From assembly GCA_024405635.1 (NCBI GenBank), contig JAKSOL010000011.1:1-64000 (forward strand): a DNA stretch of 64,000 nucleotides, given 5' to 3'. The notes beneath the pieces are model-generated. The model was not told where the DNA came from and made no database searches. It saw only the letters and a list, made by a program, of their open reading frames with translations. Each line of letters begins with the position of its first letter. Position 1 is the stretch's first letter. This stretch comes from Salinivirgaceae bacterium (GTDB taxonomy: Bacteria > Bacteroidota > Bacteroidia > Bacteroidales > SZUA-534). This document shows, piece by piece, positions 52,279 through 61,400 of this stretch. The translations under genes were made by a program, and so were the position numbers.

Positions 52279-53454
52279 TCAATAATTCAAGCCAAACATC
52301 CATATAGGCACAATATTTCCAGACCCATATTCAATATCATCTTTCACAACAAAAGCCTTATCAATATTAGCAATCTGCTTTTGCTTTTTGCTTTTTCCTC
52401 CAACCTCAAAAGTCAAACCATTTATCTCAAAATCAGAAACCTTTGAGCTTACTACTACATTATTCACTCTCATTTGGTTTAGGAAAAATGTTTCGCGTAT
52501 GTTTCCAATGTTTGAAGCTTCCTCACCTAACAAATAAGCAATGTTCGGATTATCCAAATAAACCTTCTCAACCTTTCCCAAACCCATTATGCCATTTGTA
52601 GCATCGCGCAATTGAGCTATCATTCCCGCATCTTCCATATAAAGTAAATAATCAGCCAAATCGTTACGACTAACATTTATCATTTTTGAAATTTTATCCA
52701 TAACAGGCTTAAAAGGAACACTCATGGCAATAATGCCTAATAGCTTTTTGAGTTTTCGTCCCGTTGAAGCATTCATGTTAGCATATTGGGGAATGTCAGT
52801 TTCCATTGTAAGATTGATTACCTGATTTAACTTCACCTCAAACAAACTTTCGGCAGCAATGGGATAATAACCACGCTGTAAATAATTCTTGAAAGCAGAA
52901 ATAGGATGAGGCATGTTGTCAATTGAAAATGGTTCGCCACTAATTATTTGTTCAATAGGCAAAACCTGAGTATTAACATGATGAAACATAGCAAGATACT
53001 CACGAAACGACAATCCCTGCATTCTATAAATTGGAGACCTTCGGCTAAGGTCAGACTCTCCTTTTGTAATATCTAGCACCGATGAACCAGTAAATGCCAC
53101 CTTCATATCGGGATGTGTATCGTAGATTTGTTTCAGTTCCTTCGACCAATTTGGATATTTATGAACCTCATCTATAAACAAATGTTCACCACCCTCAATT
53201 GAAAACTGATCGGCAAGTTCAACCAACGTATGGTTTGAAAAATAAGTATTGTCGGCCGACACATAAAACATTCGTTCTTCGGTTTGATGCGCCTTTATAT
53301 ACTGCAAAAAAAGCATAGTCTTTCCCACGCCTCTAGGACCTACAAGACCAAACATTCGTTGCTGCCAATCTATCTTCTCGTACATATATCGATAAAAATC
53401 AGTAGGCGTGCTTTGCAACTGATTTTGCATATAAACAACTAAATTGATATCCAT
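52279..53454 (-). CDS. AAA+ ATP-binding protein (AAA_14 + DUF4143 type)
   Basis: GPRGVGKT, FIDEVH, TGSS, GLSFREY, GYYP, KVYLDNP; C-terminal DF...FEVGGK resembles a PD-(D/E)xK-like motif. Confidence 0.88.
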   Translation of the reverse strand: MDINLVVYMQNQLQSTPTDFYRYMYEKIDWQQRMFGLVGPRGVGKTMLFLQYIKAHQTEERMFYVSADNTYFSNHTLVELADQFSIEGGEHLFIDEVHKYPNWSKELKQIYDTHPDMKVAFTGSSVLDITKGESDLSRRSPIYRMQGLSFREYLAMFHHVNTQVLPIEQIISGEPFSIDNMPHPISAFKNYLQRGYYPIAAESLFEVKLNQVINLTMETDIPQYANMNASTGRKLKKLLGIIAMSVPFKPVMDKISKMINVSRNDLADYLLYMEDAGMIAQLRDATNGIMGLGKVEKVYLDNPNIAYLLGEEASNIGNIRETFFLNQMRVNNVVVSSKVSDFEINGLTFEVGGKSKKQKQIANIDKAFVVKDDIEYGSGNIVPIWMFGLNY

Positions 53455-53482
53455 AAACAACTATTTTTTAGCAAAAGTAACA

Positions 53483-53540
53483 TTTTGCACCACAAAGGTG
53501 CAATTTTTCTGTGCATTATGCACTTTCGTGGTGCAATTTG
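53483..53540. repeat. Double-palindrome element, copy B, upstream of the ATPase gene
   Basis: tgcac-cacaaag-gtgca (53486-502) and tgcac-tttcgtg-gtgca (53519-35); ends tgcaatttg like copy A. Confidence 0.8.
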
Positions 53541-53745
53541 GTATCTGCAAATAGAAATACTTAAACACAAAACCGAATAAAATACCCAACCTTACAAATC
53601 GTCTTTTAACGTGAATATACCTTACTTTAAACCTTTGGTATGTAACACACTTAAAAGCCACAGATAAGTTACTTTTATATTCAAAACCGACAAAAAATGC
53701 CATAAATTCGCAGTCGAAAAAAAATAGAACATAAAAACTAGAGAT

Positions 53746-55170
53746 ATGCAAAAGAGAACAAAAGTTGTTGATGTACTGAAATCAGGTGCCGTAGGCTCTG
53801 AAGTAGTAGTAATGGGCTGGGTGCGAACAAAACGCGACAGCAAGACCGTAGTGTTTATTGCCATAAACGACGGATCGACCATCAACAATGTGCAAGTAGT
53901 GGCTGACGTTACCAACTTTGACGAGGAGATGATGAAACAGATAACCACAGGCGCATGCCTTAGCGTTACTGGAACACTTGTTGAAAGCCAAGGCGCTGGT
54001 CAAAGCGTTGAAATTCAGGCTAAAGACATAAAATTGTTTGGTGCTTGCCCTGCTGACTATCCAATGCAGAAAAAGGGACAAAGCATGGAATACATGCGCC
54101 AATATGCCCACATGCGCTTGCGTACAAACACCTTTGGCGCTGTGATGCGCATTCGCCACAACATGGCATTTGCCATACACAAATTCTTCCACGACAAAGG
54201 ATTCTTCTATTTCCACACTCCACTTATCACAGCAAGCGACTGCGAGGGTGCAGGTCAAATGTTTCAGGTTACAACCAAAAACCTATACGACCTGAAAAAA
54301 GACGAAAAAGGTTCAATTATATACGACGACGATTTCTTTGGCAAGCAAGCATCGCTTACAGTGAGCGGACAGCTTGAGGGCGAACTTGGCGCTACTGCAT
54401 TGGGTCAGATTTACACATTTGGTCCAACATTCCGTGCCGAAAATTCAAACACTCCACGCCACTTGGCCGAGTTCTGGATGATTGAACCTGAGGTTTGTTT
54501 CTACGACATGGACGACCTTATGAATCTTGAGGAAGAATTTATTAAACATTGCGTTAAATGGGCTCTTGACAATTGTAAAGACGACCTTGAGTTCCTTAAC
54601 AAGATGATAGACAAAGGTTTGTTGGAGCGTTTGAATAGCGTAATCAATACTGAATTTGTTCGCCTACCATACACCAAAGGCATCGAAATTCTGCAAGAAG
54701 CCATTAAGAATGGCCGCAAGTTTGAGTTCCCATGCAACTGGGGCGACGACTTGGCATCGGAGCACGAGCGCTACTTGGTTGAAGAGCATTTCAAAAAGCC
54801 AGTAATAATGACCAACTATCCAAAGGCAATTAAGGCCTTCTACATGAAGATAGACGAGAAGAAACCTATTTACAACGGCAAGGAAATGGAAGAAACCGTT
54901 CAAGGTACCGACGTATTGTTCCCACAAATTGGCGAGATTATAGGTGGCTCTGTTCGCGAGGAAAGCTACGACAAACTAATTGGCGAAATAAATGCCCGCA
55001 ACATTCCAATGAAAGACATGTGGTGGTATCTTGACACCCGCAAGTTTGGTAGCTGCCCACACGCTGGCTTTGGCTTAGGATTTGAACGTCTTATGTTGTT
55101 TGTAACAGGTATGGCCAACATTCGCGACGTTATTCCTTTCCCACGTACACCAAAGAACGCTGAATTCTAA
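53746..55170 (+). CDS. asnS: Asparagine--tRNA ligase
   Basis: [48 protein letters not shown]. Confidence 0.98.
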   Translation: MQKRTKVVDVLKSGAVGSEVVVMGWVRTKRDSKTVVFIAINDGSTINNVQVVADVTNFDEEMMKQITTGACLSVTGTLVESQGAGQSVEIQAKDIKLFGACPADYPMQKKGQSMEYMRQYAHMRLRTNTFGAVMRIRHNMAFAIHKFFHDKGFFYFHTPLITASDCEGAGQMFQVTTKNLYDLKKDEKGSIIYDDDFFGKQASLTVSGQLEGELGATALGQIYTFGPTFRAENSNTPRHLAEFWMIEPEVCFYDMDDLMNLEEEFIKHCVKWALDNCKDDLEFLNKMIDKGLLERLNSVINTEFVRLPYTKGIEILQEAIKNGRKFEFPCNWGDDLASEHERYLVEEHFKKPVIMTNYPKAIKAFYMKIDEKKPIYNGKEMEETVQGTDVLFPQIGEIIGGSVREESYDKLIGEINARNIPMKDMWWYLDTRKFGSCPHAGFGLGFERLMLFVTGMANIRDVIPFPRTPKNAEF

Positions 55171-55197
55171 TAGCAATTAAAATACCTTTATTTGCAC

Positions 55198-55233
55198 AAC
55201 CGTTGTTGGCCTTTGCTAGCAACGGTTTTTTTT
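55198..55233 (+). terminator. Rho-independent terminator after asnS
   Basis: aaccgttgttggc-cttt-gctagcaacggtt plus T run. Confidence 0.8.
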
Positions 55234-55389
55234 ATAAAGGGAAACCATCTATGATTTATTTTATATCTAGACATATCGCTATTATTCGCTAAAACAGAGC
55301 AAACAAGCATAGTAAGTTAAACAATATGTAATATTTATCATAATTTATATGGCATATATTTTTATGATGAATAGTATATATTGTGAAAC

Positions 55390-55426
55390 AAAAAAAGCGC
55401 CCCGACTAGTTAGTCGAGGCGCTTTT
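55390..55426 (-). terminator. Terminator of the giant T9SS gene
   Basis: aaaaaaagcgccccgacta-gt-tagtcgaggcgctttt; the A run gives a U-tract on the minus strand. Confidence 0.8.
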
Positions 55427-55447
55427 GGTATTAACTAAAGCAACGTA

Positions 55448-58400
55448 TTACTGAACCACAAAAATTTGAGTTAAGCTATTGTTGCTTGTAGTAATCTTAA
55501 TGATGTATGCACCTTGAGTAAGGTTCCAGTCGGCGGCTGATAGCTCAACTACCGAATCGGTTACCATTGCAGTTTTGCTGATAATGGTAGCACCGTATGC
55601 GTTGCAAACTGTGTAAGTAAACTCGCCAGTTACTCCGCTAATAGTGAACTTAATTTGTTCGGCCTTTCCTGGATTTGGCACAATACTCAAATTTAATTGC
55701 TGAGTTTGTGAGCCAAATGTTACACTAACCCAATCGGAAGAAACGCGTGTGGTGCCATCGTTATCGGTTTGCAACAAACGATAGTAATGTGTGCCGTTAG
55801 TTTGATTCAAAATAAAGCAACTGTAGTTGAAACCAGATTCGGTTTCGCCAAGCGAAGCAACGGTTGCAACAGTATCAATTGTTGATGCAAAACGATGTTC
55901 AACGCTAAAGTGGTGATTGTTGTGCTCGGTAGCTGTTTCCCACTCAACAATAGCATCGTTTGTACCACGTGCCGATACATTGAAACTTACCAACTCAATT
56001 GGCAATGGGTTAACATCGGCATCGAGCGAACCAAATGTAATAGGAGTTGGTGTTGCTGCTTTGCTACCATAAGGCGGCACAAAACTGATTTTAGACGCTG
56101 ACTTAACAAAGCCTGTAAGGTCGCCGTTAAGTTGGCTCGATGTGCGGCCTTTGTTCTTCCACTTGCTGTCCTCGGCTACAGCCACGCAGAGTTTTTCGTG
56201 GTCTGAAATTTGACTGCGCGCAGTGTCTTGCCAATAAAGTGTGATATATGGGTTACCTGAACCAGAACGCGAAAGCGACCAATACTCAATAACACCAGCA
56301 CGGAACATTCCGTTTGATTGGTCAACCTCCATGCGAGCATGACCACCGCTGCTGTATTGAGCTGCAAAAGTTGCTGAAGTTCCACCTGTTAATCCCCAAA
56401 TACCAATTGGCGCATATATGCCATCGGAACCAATTGGGAATACAAAATCGGTCGAACCAGTTTTTTGCATCGAACCATCGATGTATGATTTTATACCGCC
56501 ATTTCGCAATGTTGAAGTGCTCTCCATCGATATTTCTTTACCTGCTGAGGTTCTTACAATACCATTAACCAGATCAAGTGTATGCTCTATTTTTACTTGC
56601 GAATTGGTAGTAAGCAACACGCGAGGTTCTTCGGGCTCCAAATGATCGTGAATAGTAAGATTATAGAACTTACGTGTTTCGGTAATGGTTTGTGGAGTAG
56701 TGCCATCGGTAGAGCCACATAGAACCAAAGTACTGGTTTGGCATTCAAAACGTCCGCTAGTTGACCAGTTGCCATATAGGCTAATTGTGTTTGAACCTGC
56801 ATACAAGTTGGTGTTTGTACCTAAAGTTAGGCTTCCTTTTACAACAATATCAGATGTCAAAGTTTTGTATGCAACCTCGCGAGCGTTTTTACCACCCGAA
56901 AGTACGATATTGTAACATTCGTTAATGGCAACGTTTTGTTCATACTCGGTGCTTATTTTAACTGTTGATGCATGGGCTGCCGAAACAGTTGCGTTTCCAG
57001 CGTCCACATCGCGGCTAAATATGATTGTAGAACCTTCGCCAAGTATAAGTTCAGCACCTTCAGCAATTGATGCATTGCCATGCACTGTAAATGTTTTTCC
57101 CGCAGCAAGTTCAAATTTACCGCCAGCCTCAACAATAAGGTCGTAACATGCACTTACATTGTTGGTAATAATAGGATGCTTTTGATTATCGGCAATTGCA
57201 GGAATAAGAACGTTGGTTGTGCTATTTGGTGCATAGTTTGGTTTATTCATAACCCAGCTACTGCCATTTTCATAATCGGTGGTGGTGCTAGCAACATTCC
57301 ACTTAATGGTTGGATAGGTGTAGCCAAATGTAAATGCTCCAAAGCCCTCAACTGGATTTTCTGTAGCAACATAACCAGCACTGTAGTCGCCACCTTCAGG
57401 AATTGAATGAACATCTTGATCCTCTTGTTCGCCTTGAGTTTGCCATTTGCCAACAGTTTCGTTGTATCGGCTTACCGAAATAACATCAACATCGGCAATC
57501 TCGCTATAGTCGCTATCGAGCCAGTAGAGCGATACTTTTGGAACTGCACTACCGCTTGTGCGATTAATTGTCCAATATTCTTTACCGCTCAAACGGTTAA
57601 TCATGCGGTCCATTTTGTCGATATTGCTTGGACTACTATTGAAGTATTGTGCAGATAGTGTTGTAGCTGTTCCTAAATCGCTTACTCCAATTGGAGCATA
57701 GCGGTCGCTTGAACCGATTGGGAAGATAAAGTCGTCGGAACCAACTTTTTCAACCTTACCATTGATGTAGCTTTGTTGGCTTGCACCAGTAATGGTACAA
57801 CCTGCAAGAAGCTTAACAGGGTTTGAAGTGTTACCTTTAAGTACACCGTCAATCAACTCAAGGCTGTTTGTAATGGTAATGGCCTGTGTTGCTGTAAATG
57901 CAGGGGTTGATGCGGTACTATTGAATACTAAATTGGTAAATGTTTCGGCTTTAGTTATTGACTGGTTAGCAGTTCCACAGAAGATTACTTTACCAGTACC
58001 GCCGTGGAAATTATTAGCATATCCACCGCGAGCCGAGCCTAACCATCCGCCTTTAACCATAATATCGGCAGTTGGAACTTGAATATCGGCCCAAGGCGAG
58101 AAGTCGCCCAAGATGGTTATGTTAGGATTGATGGTTTTTGCACCTGAACCGCTAATAATTAAGTTGTAGAAGGTTAAGTCGTTGTTTGATGATATTTGCT
58201 GAGCAGCTGCTCCATTTAACTTAACAGTACCCCTACCGTGACGGAACTCACCGCTAGTTTTTTCAAAGTTGCCACCTATGATTAGTGTGGTTCCGTTGCA
58301 ATCGACAATACCACCGCTAATAACAAAGTCATTTTCAATCTCCATATCGAATCCTGGTTCAAGAGTGAAAGTAACTTGAGATGCCCCAACATTGTTAACC

Positions 58401-61400
58401 TCAAAGTTGTAGAACGAATTACCGTTCATCTCAATGTTTCGGTTTACACTTGATTTCCAAACTACAGTTGAAGAGCCGCCGTGGTCAAAATGACCATTGT
58501 TTGACAATTGGGCACCAATGGTGATTGTAGATGGATTTATGCCGTCTGAAGCAACGAATGTGGCATTTTCGGCAATAGATAATGAGTTTAGAACATTAAG
58601 ATCCATACCACCACCTATGGTAAGTGTAGCACCTGGATAAACGTCAATACTTTGAGCACTATTATCGGTTCCAGCTGCAAGTACAGGATAAATATTGCTA
58701 CCGGCACTCACGTCAGGAATAAATACGCGAGTATCTTCATTGGGAACACCACCACTACCAAGTTGGTTATCCCAGTTGTTAGCATTATCCCAACGGTTAC
58801 CTCGAGGGTCAACAGCCGATACCTCGTCGCCACCCCAATGGTTACCACCAACCCAGTAGAGCACTGCGCTAGTGTATGACCAAGTTACAGCACCTGTAGT
58901 AGCCGATGAGTTATCGTTCTCAAAATAGTAACCTGCTACTACACCAATTGCGTCAACAACGTTAATTACACCAGTGGTAGCTGATTCGTTACGAGAAACA
59001 TTGTAACGTGGACCTTTGTTGAAGAATAGGTTTACAAGGTTAATTGTACCTGAGAAACTATTTTCAAAAGTCAAATACTGACCTCCAGGTTGACCACCAA
59101 TAAACTGTCCGTTTGAAAGGTTTCTAGTTTGGTCGGTTGAAAGTATTGAACCCTCTTTAAAGCAAACACCATTAACATTAATGTTGCTCACTTTGTAATA
59201 GCTGGCTTGCATTTCGCCGCCCGCATTAATTGTAATTGAGTAGTATTTATTATTCTCTTGCGAGCAGAAGATAGCCTCGTGGTTTTCTTCGCCAATAGCC
59301 GATAGCAAACCACCACTCATTACATTAATTGCGGCATTAGCACCAACAGCCAAAGTTGCATCGCTACTTAAATACAATTTTCCATTTATATCGGCCTTAT
59401 CGGCACCAGTACCATCACCAAGATAAATGGTGTTTGCTGTAGCCGATAACGAACCTGCGTTAATAGATAAAATGTGGTCAATGTGCAAATCGGAATCAAG
59501 ATGATAGTCGCCGCCATTAAGGTTCATGTTGTAGAACGAACTTCGACCTGAATTAATAATGTTGCCACTTGTACCAGTAAAGGTAATTGCAGCCGAGCGA
59601 GCCACAAAGTTTCCATTATTAATAAAGCTACCACCCAACACTATTTCGTAGTTGCTTGATGTTACATCGAGTGTACCGTTTTCAATAGTCAAATTGCCAT
59701 TGATTGATGTCTTGCTAAGTATTTGTACTATTCCGTTGTTGTTAATAACCAAGTTGTTGAACTTTGAACTGCGTTGTTGAATGTTTTTAGCACCTACTCC
59801 AAGGAAAGAAATGGTGCCCAATCCTTCGGCATTAGGAATAAATGTGCCGTATGTTCCTAGAGCCCAACTTCCAAACACATCGATATTGTCGTATGAACCC
59901 GATGACTGGATGGTTCCGTTAAGAGTAACATCGCTCAAAACAGTAAGGGCTATAGTGTCTTTAACATTATTGTTTATAAACAACATACCATTTGCCTCAA
60001 CAGTTAGTCCTTTGGTAATGGCGCCTTGCTTTTTAATATATGGCAAGAATCCACCTCTTGAACGAGGAATAACAACAATTGAGTGTTCATCTGGGATGCG
60101 TTCAGCGCCATCGCTTGAAGTCCAGTTTGCAGGATTAAACCAATCGTCGTTACGAGCTCCTGTCCAAGTTAGGGTAACATCGCCAGTCCAATCGACAAGG
60201 TTATAGGTATCGTTTTCAAATTTTGCTCCCGATAGCAAACCTGTGGCGTTATACATTTCTATCTTACCTGTCGACGACTCGGTTTTCTTAATGTTAACGC
60301 AACCGCCGCCAGGGTTTTGTGGGAACGATATGTTTTCAATTCGGTTGCCACCCGACTCGCGGTCACCGTAAAATTCTTGGTTGTTGCGGAAGTCGATGCA
60401 AGCACCACCCGAAACCATTCCAGTAAACACACCGTTGCTAAAGTTGTAATAGTCGTCAATTTTAGCGCCTTGCGATATTAACACACCGGTTTTAGCAAGG
60501 TTGCTAAAGCTATAGTTTTGAATAGCAATGTTACCGCCATTCTCAACAACAAAGAAGTAACGACCTGTTGTTATGCTAGTAATATTTGCATAGTTTGACT
60601 GTGTACCGATGATTGAAATCAAACCTCCGTTTTTAACCGCAACTGTTGTTTGATCGCTTAAGCGCATTGTCTCGCCTGCTTGCATGTAGTATTTGCCAAA
60701 GATGTTTACGTTGTCGTAGCCGTCGCCAAATTTTACATCGTTACCGTTTTGGTAGAACTTACCAGCTTGCAAAGTGAAGTTGGTTACAATCTCTAAATCG
60801 TCGGCAAGTTTGAACGAGCAATTTTCGCCGTTTATCACAGCCTCACGAATTTTTGAACCATTGGTGCGAATCATACATTCACCATTTGGTTTTATAAAGT
60901 GATAGATACCAGTTTGGTAAATGCTACCAGAACCAATAACCATCATGTCGCCCGACAAATAAACGTTGTAGCCGTTGTAGCAATACATGTTACCACTATT
61001 TATGGTAAGCGATCCTTTTATTATAACATCGGTGGTGTAGAAGTAAACGTAAATTTTGGTTGCTCCTACCACTTGACTAATGTTTATGTCGTAAAATGGG
61101 TTTTCAACTTGCGTGCCCAAATAAACATATTGGTTAGTGTTACCATTAAAGAATACGGTTCCAGTACCTGGAATAAATGTGCCATTGGTACGGTTGTTCC
61201 AGTTTTGACCAATAGTAATGTTTTTGCCATCAGCATTAAGAGTACCACCATTTTCGTTAAAGGTAAGGTCTTTCAAAATAGTGATATCACCCTCAAGTGT
61301 TTTGGTTGTGGTGCTGCTCAAGTACAAGTATCCGTATGTTGCTGCACGAATTACTTGGTCAACTGCACCAGTGTAATATGTGTAACTTGTGGTTGTTGCT

